IMG/VR virus record: IMGVR_UViG_3300033153_004497
Span: 1 to 63,827 of that record
Reading direction: 5' to 3' (one strand)
DNA: 63,827 nucleotides
Origin: a virus
Taxonomy: Duplodnaviria > Caudoviricetes
In this document: positions 49,395-59,607 of the stretch, piece by piece
Numbering within the stretch: position 1 is the first letter of the stretch
Layout: the number at the start of each line of letters is the position of its first letter
Made by a program: the position numbers and the translations under genes
Notes under the pieces: generated by a model
The model's database searches: none
What the model was told of the DNA's origin: nothing
The model's input: only the letters and a program-made list of their open reading frames with translations

Positions 49395-52300
49395 CTACCT
49401 CAAATATTGTTTAACTTGGCTTGAATTCCTACGCATGATATTCAAAATCACTTTTTCATTTTCAGGACTACTAGCAAATTCTTGAGCAGCTTCCATATCA
49501 GCGACATTAATTATTCGTAGTGAACTTGGTGGGGCAGAAGATTCTTTTGTTTGGGAACCAGAGCTAACCGCACCACCTTCAGCAAAACTCATTCTTCTAG
49601 GTCTAGTGATTGCAAAATTTGGAAGTCCTTTTGTATTCACATCCAATTTCAATCTGTTGACTGCTTCCATAAAATTCAAACCGTAGTGATCTACAGCTTT
49701 GGCATTGTGGACATATTCACCATCACTTAAATTGGCATGGATAGAATCTGAAGTTGAAGTTCCCCTTCCTGAGACTCTACCACCACCCGCAAAAGCAAGT
49801 TGCTTAGTTTCAAATAGTCCACCTTTAGAACCTAACAATGAGAGGAAGGAACCGAACCCACCACCCGCACCACCCACCGAACCCAGAGCAGCGTTCACAG
49901 CTTTGAGTGCCAGAGCACGAAGAATCATCTGGGCAATCTGGGCAATAAAACTTCTGGCAAAATCAGAGAATGCTTCCTTAGCTGTTTTGGTTCCATCGAC
50001 AATAGCACCGAATGCACCTGCCAAATCATCTACTGCCTGAGATTTTATTTTTTCAAAATTAACATTCGCCACTTGTGCAAGGTTTTCAATTTCCACCCCG
50101 ATATTACGAATGCTTAAAGCTACATCTTCATCTTGAGCAGTTTCGTTAAAAGCAATCTGGGCATCACGTAATGTTGTCAGGTCTGCAATAGCCTGTTGAT
50201 TGGCAGCAAAGATATTTTGTCCCAATTCAAATTGAGAATCTTCCCCTGAATCTACTCTTCTTTCTGCTGCAACAATTTCCTGTTCCCGTGCAAACGCTAT
50301 TGCTTCCCTTCGTTTTGCAAACTTATCTTTCTGGGCTTGTAGTTCTTCTTTGTCAAGTTTCTCCTGTGCTTTCCTTGATTTGTCACCCGCTGCTATTATG
50401 GCTTTAGTTGCAGCAGCAGAATTCTGAGCAATAAGCTGTTGTCTCCGTAGACCCAATTCTGTTAAATGATTTGTTGCATCAAGTAATTGAGCTTCCTGAT
50501 TCAAATCTTGAGTTAATTTCTGGGAAGCAAAAGCAGCTTTAATAGCAGCAAGTTCTTCATCAGAATTCGCTTGTGCTTGTGCAAGAGTTGAAGACCTATT
50601 TAATTCTACATCAGCTTGTCTATTAATTTCATTTTGGGCATCTATTTTTTGCTGAGCAATAGCAATTTCAGCATCAAGATTTGTGAGTGCTAATTCTAAT
50701 AATCCTTCATAGTAGGCTTTGACCGATATTGTTCTGTTAGCAAGTCCTTCATCCAGAATTGCTTTCTCTAATTTTTGTACTTCATCTGCTGTGCTCTTGG
50801 CTAATTCTAGGGCAGCAACCGCAGAAGCAGCATCCAAATTTTCTTTAGCATTGATAGCATCAAATGCTGCTGCATCAGCAGCCTGTTGCAACTTGGCAAG
50901 GTCTGCTAATTTTCGATTTGCAATATCAACTTCTTTCCCTGCTTGTAGTATTTGTAATTTCTCAAGTCGTTCAAGCTTGGCTTCCTCAATTTTAATTGAA
51001 GCATTAGCCTGATCTTGTGTATCTCGTAATGCCCCTGTGTCAACACCTGTGATGAATTCCCCGCTTCCTTCATCTGCAATGAATCCTGTTTGGTCTCCCG
51101 CAGATGCTATTGCGTCACCCGCAGCAGTAGCAGTTTCTTTTAATTCTTCTAATCTGTCTTTGGATTTTTGGACATCAACTGCAATTTCCTTAGCAGTAAA
51201 TCCTGACACTGCTGTTTCAACATCCAAAACTGCCTGTTCAATTTCACGCAGGGCATCAACAGTTTCTACAGCATCAGTGGAAGCAAATGCAGCAAGGGCT
51301 AAACCAAGTCCTATAATCCACCCTAACGGGCCTAACGCTCCAAGAACAACAGCACGTAAGCCAATCATCACACCCCTGAATCCAACCACTGCCCCCCGTG
51401 CCGTAAGGAAAGCACCCCGCAAACCTACAAGGCTAGTAACGATTCCACCCAGAAAACCAAGTACCTTGACTGCCACCAAAGCAATTAAAGCGAACCTCAG
51501 AGATTCAACAGCATCCGCTATTGTTCGAAATAGAACTGCATCTTTATCTAAGGGGTCTTGTATTCCTGCAAAGGTTCGAATCACCCCTGTCACAACCACC
51601 GTGATTCTTCGCATGACACCAAGAAATCCATTATCCCCTGCCTGTAAAAGCAGTTCCGTGAACGCAGATGTCAGACCTTTTAGTTCTCCACTTAAAGTAT
51701 CTGATTGAATTCCCGCTTGCTTGGCTGCTTCACCCAACCCATTAAAAACATCTTGTGCTTGTATTAGGGTTTCATTCAATTCTTGCAGATCATCATTCTG
51801 TCTTGTGATTGCCAAGATTGCAGGAGCACCCCTTTGACCAAATACCGATAGGGCATCACCTGCCCCCAAAGTCGTATTTGAAAGACGTTCAATAATATCT
51901 GAAAGGTCATTGGTAGCAGGATTAACTTGATCGAATGTCAACCCCAACTTGGTAAGCAGCTTACCAGTTTTATCACTACGGGTTCCCAGAACAGCAAGAA
52001 CTCTCCGCAATCCAGTACCCGCAGTAGATGCTTGAAGTCCTGCATTACCCAGAATACCAAGAGCAGCAGAAGTTTGTTCTAGGCTTTGACCGAAGGCAGC
52101 AGCAACAGGGGCAACAAATTTAAGGGCTTCACCCAACTGTAGAACAGAAGTATTGGAGTTGGAAGCAGCAGAAGCCAATACATCCGCAACCCTTCCTGCC
52201 TCAGCAGTGTCTATACCAAAACCAGAAATTACATTTGAAGCAATATCCGCAGCAGTCGCTAATTCAAGACCACCCGCAGCAGCAAGATTTAATGTGCCTT

Positions 52301-52739
52301 CAAGGGCTTCAATTGCTTCAACAGCAGTGAACCCTGCACGGGCTAAGAACTCTAGTCCACCCGCTGCTTCAGTCGCACTAAATACAGTGGTTGCACCCAA
52401 CCTTCGGGCTTCATCATTTAATGCTTGGAATTCGTCTTTGGTGATACCTGCAACAACAGCTTTAACTTTAGCCATTGATTGTTCAAACGCAGCAATCTGT
52501 TTGATAGCCCCAACAAATAGGGCAACACCCCCCAGAGTAATTAGAACCCTAGTAAGAGCACTTCCCGCAGTAGCAGCTTTATTAAAACCTTGAGCAAGTT
52601 TATTTGCACCAGAGCCGGGTTTGCCACCTTGGAATTTTTTTACTTCATCATTAAGTTTCTTAACATCCTTTTGAACTTGCTTCAGCGTTTTAGTAGCTAA
52701 GTTCTGAGCGTCAATGATAAGTTGAAGTCTAGTAGCCAT
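49395..52739 (-). CDS. Tape measure protein
   Basis: TP901-type core (LGATTVFSATEAAGGLEFLARAG...AGTGLR), long helical region, GTSTSDSI..LSDGEYV. Confidence 0.92.
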   Translation of the reverse strand: MATRLQLIIDAQNLATKTLKQVQKDVKKLNDEVKKFQGGKPGSGANKLAQGFNKAATAGSALTRVLITLGGVALFVGAIKQIAAFEQSMAKVKAVVAGITKDEFQALNDEARRLGATTVFSATEAAGGLEFLARAGFTAVEAIEALEGTLNLAAAGGLELATAADIASNVISGFGIDTAEAGRVADVLASAASNSNTSVLQLGEALKFVAPVAAAFGQSLEQTSAALGILGNAGLQASTAGTGLRRVLAVLGTRSDKTGKLLTKLGLTFDQVNPATNDLSDIIERLSNTTLGAGDALSVFGQRGAPAILAITRQNDDLQELNETLIQAQDVFNGLGEAAKQAGIQSDTLSGELKGLTSAFTELLLQAGDNGFLGVMRRITVVVTGVIRTFAGIQDPLDKDAVLFRTIADAVESLRFALIALVAVKVLGFLGGIVTSLVGLRGAFLTARGAVVGFRGVMIGLRAVVLGALGPLGWIIGLGLALAAFASTDAVETVDALREIEQAVLDVETAVSGFTAKEIAVDVQKSKDRLEELKETATAAGDAIASAGDQTGFIADEGSGEFITGVDTGALRDTQDQANASIKIEEAKLERLEKLQILQAGKEVDIANRKLADLAKLQQAADAAAFDAINAKENLDAASAVAALELAKSTADEVQKLEKAILDEGLANRTISVKAYYEGLLELALTNLDAEIAIAQQKIDAQNEINRQADVELNRSSTLAQAQANSDEELAAIKAAFASQKLTQDLNQEAQLLDATNHLTELGLRRQQLIAQNSAAATKAIIAAGDKSRKAQEKLDKEELQAQKDKFAKRREAIAFAREQEIVAAERRVDSGEDSQFELGQNIFAANQQAIADLTTLRDAQIAFNETAQDEDVALSIRNIGVEIENLAQVANVNFEKIKSQAVDDLAGAFGAIVDGTKTAKEAFSDFARSFIAQIAQMILRALALKAVNAALGSVGGAGGGFGSFLSLLGSKGGLFETKQLAFAGGGRVSGRGTSTSDSIHANLSDGEYVHNAKAVDHYGLNFMEAVNRLKLDVNTKGLPNFAITRPRRMSFAEGGAVSSGSQTKESSAPPSSLRIINVADMEAAQEFASSPENEKVILNIMRRNSSQVKQYLR

Positions 52740-52745
52740 TGAAAT

Positions 52746-53069
52746 TTACCCTAGTTCTTTAATCGCTTTTTTGTATTCTTTGGCATCTGCATGATAAGCA
52801 ATCCGCATCAAATATAAATGAACTGAATGTTCCTCTCTCATTCTTCTATGCGCTATATAAAAGAAGGTCACTGCTTGCCGTAGGGTGTAACGTAATGCGT
52901 GTGTGTGTCCGTGAGAAAGTAGGTACTCTCCTATGTCTGCATACCACTGTTTCCAATCTAAAATTCTTGCAGCATCCTCTGCTTCTTTCTGTTTCTTGGT
53001 CTTTACTTTGAGTCCAGTTTTCCCTGTAATTTCGGGATAAGTCCTTGTATCCTTTCTATCAGCTTTTTT
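52746..53069 (-). CDS. -1 frameshift extension of the tail chaperone (GT)
   Basis: A AAA AAG at 53069-53063 and G GGA AAA at 53024-53018; the -1 frame is open to TAA at 52748-52746 (YLLSHGH..YTLRQ). Confidence 0.8.
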   Translation of the reverse strand, partial: KKADRKDTRTYPEITGKTGLKVKTKKQKEAEDAARILDWKQWYADIGEYLLSHGHTHALRYTLRQAVTFFYIAHRRMREEHSVHLYLMRIAYHADAKEYKKAIKELG

Positions 53070-53383
53070 AGCGCATCATAATCCGGTATTGTTAAGTCCC
53101 AACATTTTTCAAAAGCAAGCAGTTGAGTAGGGAATGGCATTTCGGATATTTTTTCCCATTGATCAGGTTCGTTTGCAGCAAGGGCAACAACCTTAGCCAT
53201 AAATTCAGGGTACTTATCTGCAATCTCGGTTAGGTCTAATTTGGCATCCATCAATGCTTCTAGGGGTTCTTTGTATTCCGCAATTAGTAGCCCCAGATTT
53301 GTCAGGGTCAAACCCTGCACTTCAAATGATTGGTCTCCACCCAGACTAATAGTTTCAGTCTGTATAACAATATCTTTTAACAT
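53003..53383 (-). CDS. Tail assembly chaperone (G)
   Basis: Lies between the tail tube and TMP genes; contains slippery sites. Confidence 0.8.
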   Translation of the reverse strand: MLKDIVIQTETISLGGDQSFEVQGLTLTNLGLLIAEYKEPLEALMDAKLDLTEIADKYPEFMAKVVALAANEPDQWEKISEMPFPTQLLAFEKCWDLTIPDYDALKKLIERIQGLIPKLQGKLDSK

Positions 53384-53458
53384 GGTCTCAGTCTCGTTGT
53401 GATTTAAAACAAGGGGGGAATTGCAACCCCCCCAAGATATTTGATACTAAGGTCAAAC

Positions 53459-54232
53459 TTAGTTAGTTGTAATCTGCCTTACTGTGAAGTATTGGCTTCC
53501 AGTTACACGGGTTGGGTCTGTCAGGGCAGACGCTTCAACCACCATTTCAGCAAGTTCTTCGTTGATCAATGCCAGTTCTGCCAGTGGTTGAATAGAGCCT
53601 TTGTAGACATCGATGACAACAGGGTTATCACCATCAGCAGTATTCAGACCTTCGAAACGAATCCAACGCTCAGGAGCAGCAGAAGAAATGATTGCTTCGA
53701 TTTGATCGTAACCCGCATGAGTGTAATCGACAAAGACAACTTGAAGGTCAGTGATTGCACCCGTGGAAAGAACTTTGATCGAACCCGTTTCAAGATTCAG
53801 TTCGTAGTCCGTGCCTTCGACATAAGTGATAGTTGGTATAGCATCATCACCGACAACAACCGCAGACACTTTGATATTTTCCAAAGCAACCCACTTGTCA
53901 TGACGGGCAGTTACCAGTTCATCAGTTGGGGAAGCACCCACAATAGCAGCAGTGGTTCCGTACAGGGCAAGGGCAAGATTTTCATCATCGATTGATTCCA
54001 TTGTCATTGCGATAGTCACAACAACTTCTTGTACGATTTCCTTATCAATGCCTCGCGTACCCGTGCAGGATTCTTTGTGTTGGAAAACGGTAGTCTCTAC
54101 ACCGATAGTCAACGCAGACACATTACCGACAGGTCTAAAACCCTCTGGTTCTCCCGTAACAGGGTCTTTAGTTGCAATCAGTACAGAGCCTTGACCAGAG
54201 AAATATTGATTTGTTACACATGAATTAGTCAT
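53459..54232 (-). CDS. Major tail tube protein
   Basis: YFSGQG.V...VGNV..L...HKES..G.R, NLALALYG, RFEGLNTAD. Confidence 0.85.
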   Translation of the reverse strand: MTNSCVTNQYFSGQGSVLIATKDPVTGEPEGFRPVGNVSALTIGVETTVFQHKESCTGTRGIDKEIVQEVVVTIAMTMESIDDENLALALYGTTAAIVGASPTDELVTARHDKWVALENIKVSAVVVGDDAIPTITYVEGTDYELNLETGSIKVLSTGAITDLQVVFVDYTHAGYDQIEAIISSAAPERWIRFEGLNTADGDNPVVIDVYKGSIQPLAELALINEELAEMVVEASALTDPTRVTGSQYFTVRQITTN

Positions 54233-54249
54233 TTATCAAACCTCTATAT

Positions 54250-54471
54250 TTAAGAAATAATGCCTCGCGCCCTTAATTTCCGTGCAGAAGCAGGGTTATC
54301 AAAAACAATGACATCACCAGATTTATACGAGACACCCATATGTGTGTGTGCCGCAACTACAACAGTGCCGTTGTCTTCTGAGGGGTCAATAGCCGATTCA
54401 TCATCGTCACCCTTTTCCACGCTTGCATCGTTGTTGGAGTCCTTAACCTTCAGCTTTTTTCTACGAGCCAT
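54250..54471 (-). CDS. Small hypothetical protein
   Basis: GAGG RBS; HTHMG..Y..GD motif. Confidence 0.55.
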   Translation of the reverse strand: MARRKKLKVKDSNNDASVEKGDDDESAIDPSEDNGTVVVAAHTHMGVSYKSGDVIVFDNPASARKLRARGIIS

Positions 54472-54519
54472 ATAAAAACCTCAATAGTAATCATGAGACT
54501 ACAACTACCTAACCTTAAT

Positions 54520-54951
54520 TCAAAGTATTATTTGATACGCAGTTGTCCATCTCTGGCGATAAACTAATTTATCATCAACACCAAAATTGGGTAGCTCAGA
54601 TTCAAGGTTCCATTTCCGTTGTGTTGACGCAGTATTACAAGCCATTGCTTTTCTTAATCTTTGGAGTAATTCAGTAGCAGTGGGAACCACATTAGACCCT
54701 ACAATTTGATTTAAAGATTCAGCTTTTGCTACAAGATACACATCAAAAATAACATCATGTTTTTTAATTCCCAACCGAAGTCCCGCATAGTGAAAGATGA
54801 CACAGGGCAGGGGCAGACGTTGGTGTGCTGAACTCAATTGTGACGGGTCATAGACATACAAAGATTTATCAACCAACTCAGGAATAGTATTTATCTGAGC
54901 TTCGATATCTTCTTTCAGGGCAGTGATAACATCTTCTGCTGTAGTAGTCAT
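54520..54951 (-). CDS. Tail terminator candidate
   Basis: Position and size. Confidence 0.5.
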   Translation of the reverse strand: MTTTAEDVITALKEDIEAQINTIPELVDKSLYVYDPSQLSSAHQRLPLPCVIFHYAGLRLGIKKHDVIFDVYLVAKAESLNQIVGSNVVPTATELLQRLRKAMACNTASTQRKWNLESELPNFGVDDKLVYRQRWTTAYQIIL

Positions 54952-55370
54952 CTCAGTGCAAGCCTAATCCGATCTTCAATAATATTTTTAACTCCCTGTT
55001 CATCATCCTCATTGAATCCAAGAAATTCCCGCTTGGGTAATCCTTCCAAACCAAACTGATGTTTTGGGGCATACTCAAGGTCTGTGGAGATAATGCGAAC
55101 TCCAACCCCACCCCTGCTTAATTCAATGCTGTTAAATAAATCACCTGAAGCAAACAAAGTTCCCCCACTACCCTTTCTATTCTTAGCAGCTTGGGATTCT
55201 ATCCATGTGGTTCCGTCTGGGGCTTCCTGCCTTAAGAATCTGGTCTTGATTTGGTTAAGCAAGTATGCTGCTGCGGTATCTAAAATATCTTCTGTGTTGG
55301 TAGCCAACTCAGCTTCCCGCAATCGTTTTTCTATTTGTTTAAATCCTTCCGCAAAAATAGTTACAGGCAT
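54948..55370 (-). CDS. Mu gpG-like tail completion/neck protein
   Basis: RF..Q.APDG..W...L..SG.L..SI...YA..HQFG....P.REFLG. Confidence 0.8.
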   Translation of the reverse strand: MPVTIFAEGFKQIEKRLREAELATNTEDILDTAAAYLLNQIKTRFLRQEAPDGTTWIESQAAKNRKGSGGTLFASGDLFNSIELSRGGVGVRIISTDLEYAPKHQFGLEGLPKREFLGFNEDDEQGVKNIIEDRIRLALR

Positions 55371-55371
55371 T

Positions 55372-56415
55372 TTAAAACTGATCTATAGGGTCTAGGTGCA
55401 GGGGGGCAATTCGAATATTGTTATCTACGAGATAAGCCAAGTTTCCTGAAAACGCATCCGCTTTAACATCCTTGGAAGGATTGGTTAATTGGTAAATTTC
55501 CCGTGCTTTGATTAATCCTGCTTCATGTAACCACTCAGGGGGATTTCTATAAGTCTTCCCATCTGGGGTTCCCCGTGTGGTCAATCCATGATCGTAGGTA
55601 ATTCTGAAAAGGTACTCAAAAAAGAAATCGGGAATCCTTCTGCTGATCGTAATCAGATCACTATTAAAACCAGTGACATCAAATTTTATAGTTCCTTCCT
55701 CCAAATTGATCTTCAAAAATTTGGGGTCTATCGGTGTGGCATTAGCTAAATCATCTTCCGTGATTCCAAATAACATGACGACAGGATTGGTGCTTTCATC
55801 GATGAAAGCATTGTGAACACGAAATTTTAAATACCGTTCACCCCGTACTGCTGTGTCTCGGTCAATCAGAAAATCCTCAACAACTTGAACCCCCGCATCA
55901 AGTTCACCCAACCTGAAAATATCTTTGAGTTGTATGGTTGCAGATTTTAAAGATTGATAGAGCAAAGGTCTTAACCCCTCTGCATCAATAGCATTAATAC
56001 GAAGGATTAAATCATCTACTGATGCAAGGGGGAAAGTCATAAATTAAACCTGTACTACGTTACTTGAAGGTTCCTCAGTAGCAGCCTTTGCAACAGGCTT
56101 CTTTAATTTTGCGGTTTTCTTTGAAGCCTTTTTGGGAGCTTTCTTGCTCACCGTTTTTCGTTTGGTTTTGGTTTCCGCAATGGAAACATTTTGCTGCTTA
56201 ACAGGGATATCCTCAACTTCATCTTCGATCTGAAGACTCACAATAGGGGTATCACCCACACGATCAGGTGCAACAATAGTGAACATGGGTAAATCTTTGT
56301 CAGTCAATCCACACAGAGCTAAACCCATTGCCTCATCTACATTGTAGACTCGACCTTTACGATATAAAAAATTGTCTTTTAAAAATCGCTTTACGAAAGT
56401 TAAACGAACTAACAT
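55372..56415 (-). CDS. Head-tail adaptor candidate (55372-56040) and hypothetical protein (56044-56415)
   Basis: Position after the MCP; ITYDHG and PPEWL.EA in the first. Confidence 0.55.
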
Positions 56416-56498
56416 AGTAACCTCTCTCAGTCTCGGTAAAAGTAAGACCCATATTTCAGGGTCTTACAATACTACCAATACTTTAATAAATTACAATG

Positions 56499-56750
56499 CT
56501 AACCAGAGACAATTACAACATCAATCGTATCTGTTGCGGCCCAATCTACTGCACCTAAGTTGTCCAGTGTTACGCTGTTAGCACCCATCACTAAACCACC
56601 GTCCCACGCTTTGAGACCACCCGCAGCAGTTCGAACAACAGCAGTAGCACCCGTAGGGGCTAAGTCCTGAGCCTGAATTACAATGGTTGTCGCAGTGACA
56701 TCACCCGCAGTAACAATGTGGCGTACACCTTGGCATCTTCCAAATTCCAT
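56499..56750 (-). CDS. Head decoration candidate
   Basis: Small Ala/Thr/Val-rich gene directly after the MCP, between two terminators. Confidence 0.5.
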   Translation of the reverse strand: MEFGRCQGVRHIVTAGDVTATTIVIQAQDLAPTGATAVVRTAAGGLKAWDGGLVMGANSVTLDNLGAVDWAATDTIDVVIVSG

Positions 56751-56815
56751 AACAATATCCTCTTAAGTTGAAGGATTGAATCAGGGGGAAATTAATCCCC
56801 CTATTTCAACTCGGA

Positions 56816-57790
56816 TTAGCCGATGTTAATGTACTTAACCACTGCTTCCTCTTCTTCGTACTTGAAGTCGATTCGCAGGGTCATGACGATAACAAAAACG
56901 CGCTCAGTGATAATCTTGTCAACCTCGACAGACAGTTGACGCTGAATACCCCAGATCATGTTTTGCGGATTGGTGAAAATCCCGTTCACCGCAGGCATAA
57001 CCGCAGCACCTTCGACCTTTGTTCCCAAAGCCCACAGGATAGGTGTAACCTGATCGTTGACGGTATCACCCCCGTTGGTTTCCCGATTAGCACGGGTATC
57101 CTGATACTCGGTGTAGTTGTCCATGCTCACAAAGTTTTTCAACTGTGCAAGTTGGTTCTTGTACTGATCAGGAAGGGTTTTGATACCGTTCTTGAACATG
57201 GTACGTGAGACAACCGCAGCACCCTGATCTACTATGTTCGAAGTAGCAGAAGTCAGGAAACCATCCAACAGGGCAAGATAAGCATCAGCAGAACCAGTGT
57301 CACCCAGAATCGCAAGTTCTTCCAGATCGATTGCGACACGTTCTGCCATCATTTCCATGATGGTGTCCTTGAAATCACCTTGTACAACACCTGAACCTGT
57401 AGTGCTTGGGTCTGCGTTAATGCTTGCACCACCCTGTTCAATGTTGTCTTCGATGACATCGTAGGGCAACCGAACTTCGGCAATGACTTCCTTGGTAGTC
57501 AATTGAACTTGCTCAGTGGTTGCTTTACTACGCCGATTGGTTGGGGATGTATCGGGGTCTAGCGCGACACCCGAAATTGCAGGCATCAGGATTCGATCAC
57601 CAAAACCGATCTTGTCAATGTTACGTTGGGGGGAACTCATCACGATAGTACGCATCTGGTTAAGGATGGTAGGTGTGGTTCTGAGTTTACGGATGAAAGT
57701 AGCAGCTTGCTCTGGATTCAACAAACCACCAGAAGCCAAGTCTGCCAGAGTCATATCCGCTTTCTGGATAATCTTACTATTAGAAGACAT
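56816..57790 (-). CDS. Major capsid protein (HK97 fold, XkdG-like)
   Basis: GGLLNPEQA..FI, DVIEDNIE, DLEEL...GD, DGF, T.P.N...G..R. Confidence 0.9.
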   Translation of the reverse strand: MSSNSKIIQKADMTLADLASGGLLNPEQAATFIRKLRTTPTILNQMRTIVMSSPQRNIDKIGFGDRILMPAISGVALDPDTSPTNRRSKATTEQVQLTTKEVIAEVRLPYDVIEDNIEQGGASINADPSTTGSGVVQGDFKDTIMEMMAERVAIDLEELAILGDTGSADAYLALLDGFLTSATSNIVDQGAAVVSRTMFKNGIKTLPDQYKNQLAQLKNFVSMDNYTEYQDTRANRETNGGDTVNDQVTPILWALGTKVEGAAVMPAVNGIFTNPQNMIWGIQRQLSVEVDKIITERVFVIVMTLRIDFKYEEEEAVVKYINIG

Positions 57791-57853
57791 ATTTTACTCC
57801 AATTTACAAAAGTTACAATTCAAAGACTAATCAAACACCACATCGAAGATCGG

Positions 57854-59038
57854 TTAGTAAAGTTCTACATCACCAAAATTCAGGATATTGTCCCACTTCA
57901 CTGCTTTCGTTTTCTGAGGCTCATCACCGACATCAGTAACATCATCAGTATCCTCAGCGTTGACAGTACCCGCTAGGGCTTCATCAGTCTTTTTTACCTT
58001 GGCTTCCAGATCAGTCAAACGATCAGAAAGGACTTTCACCGCATCAGTCTGGGAAGTTTTAAGTTCCGCGATTCCTTCAGCGATACCAGTTAAAGACTTG
58101 GACATTGCTGCAATAGCATCATCTTTATCTTCATCTTTGGTTCCGTCTTCGGAAGAATCATCTTCCGCTTTAGGGTCTTTCGATACTTCTTCTGAATCAT
58201 CATCTTCAGAACCTTCCGCATCGTCATCACCTGATTCATCATCACCAGAATCATCACCAGAATCATCTGCACTTGAGTCATCTGCATCCGAATCATCTTC
58301 GGCTTCAGCGTCATCTTCCTGCTCATCTTCATCCTTGGTTTCTTTCACAGGCTTTTTCTTAGCCTTTTTCTTCGGCTTAGCAGGGGAGTTGAGTAAACCC
58401 TTCTCAACATCAACAACGATTTCCTCAGCTTTAAAAGCCTGAACAGGAATCGTAGACAGGATTGCTTCGATGTAACCACCAAAATCTTCGATTGCTTTTT
58501 GAACAGCAGTTTTGGTTGCCTCCGCATCACCCTCGGAGAAGATAATATTCCCAACAGTTTCAGTCAGGATGTCATTTGCAATCCGATAGCTAGGAGCGAA
58601 TCCCGCTTTCGTGATATTTTCAATGAAGGAAATGCTATCGGGGAAGGCAAGTAAACCTTTCTCGACTCCCGAAATAACAAGGGCAGCATCGTCAGAAACT
58701 TTAAATGCAACGGCATCAGTCACTTCATCAGACTTGGTGAACATCAGGGAAATAGTTTTATCGTCACCTTCCCCTGTCAGTACGTGATCAACTTCAAAGC
58801 CACCGTCTGCAAGGGCTTTGGTGTAGGCTTCCTGATCAGCAGTCTTTGCTAGTACAACCGCAACGAGAGCAGGGGCAGGTTTTTTAAGAAATATATTTGA
58901 CAAATTCATGGTGGGGTCTCCATCAGATTTTACGATACGAAAAGGGATACGATTCGCACCACGCTTAACTAATGAGATAATATTCACATCCATTTCAGAA
59001 AGTTCTCTGGCTTGAATTACTACCTTTTTACGGGTCAT
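57854..59038 (-). CDS. Scaffold/protease-associated protein with an acidic low-complexity tract
   Basis: ISLVKRGANR N-terminus; D/E/S-rich linker; C-terminal coiled coil. Confidence 0.65.
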   Translation of the reverse strand: MTRKKVVIQARELSEMDVNIISLVKRGANRIPFRIVKSDGDPTMNLSNIFLKKPAPALVAVVLAKTADQEAYTKALADGGFEVDHVLTGEGDDKTISLMFTKSDEVTDAVAFKVSDDAALVISGVEKGLLAFPDSISFIENITKAGFAPSYRIANDILTETVGNIIFSEGDAEATKTAVQKAIEDFGGYIEAILSTIPVQAFKAEEIVVDVEKGLLNSPAKPKKKAKKKPVKETKDEDEQEDDAEAEDDSDADDSSADDSGDDSGDDESGDDDAEGSEDDDSEEVSKDPKAEDDSSEDGTKDEDKDDAIAAMSKSLTGIAEGIAELKTSQTDAVKVLSDRLTDLEAKVKKTDEALAGTVNAEDTDDVTDVGDEPQKTKAVKWDNILNFGDVELY

Positions 59039-59607
59039 TGTGTATATACCTCAACGAAGCTAAATCGGTGTGCATGGTCATTGGTCTCTTCGGTAATAGT
59101 GCCTCGCTTGATAAGGTGAACATGATCAGCATCGTCATTAATCGTTCTACCTCCAAGAAAATTTCCTTGTTCATCGAAATTAACTTTGAAGATATGTTTA
59201 TGATTCTGCTCTTTATCTGTTTCACCTTTAACAAACTCTGGTATTTCAATTTCCAGTTCAGTATCTTTACCTTGACCTACACCATCTAATGAGAAGCCAT
59301 TAATCTCCCCACTTTTTATCAGTTCCCAAATTTCGGAATCATAAATTTTGATTCCTGCAACCCATGCATCAACAATAAAGTCTGGGTCTCCTTTGCGAAC
59401 TATAAAACTTTCTACCACAGCAGCGTCAATCTCATCCCTGCTATGGTTTACATCAACTTTTGTCACTCTTCCGTTTGCCAGAAAACCATGCCCCATTTCT
59501 CTCACGGTCTCGACTGTCATAAAGTCGTTATCGGAATCTGGGGTATTAGGAACATAGACTTCTGCGTAGACAATCTGTAGTTCCTCATCTATTTTTTTGA
59601 TATCCAT
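59035..59607 (-). CDS. XkdF-like prohead serine protease
   Basis: QIVY.EVY.P...DS..D, D.NH, VVESFI, W.LIKSGEINGFSL.G. Confidence 0.85.
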   Translation of the reverse strand: MDIKKIDEELQIVYAEVYVPNTPDSDNDFMTVETVREMGHGFLANGRVTKVDVNHSRDEIDAAVVESFIVRKGDPDFIVDAWVAGIKIYDSEIWELIKSGEINGFSLDGVGQGKDTELEIEIPEFVKGETDKEQNHKHIFKVNFDEQGNFLGGRTINDDADHVHLIKRGTITEETNDHAHRFSFVEVYTQ

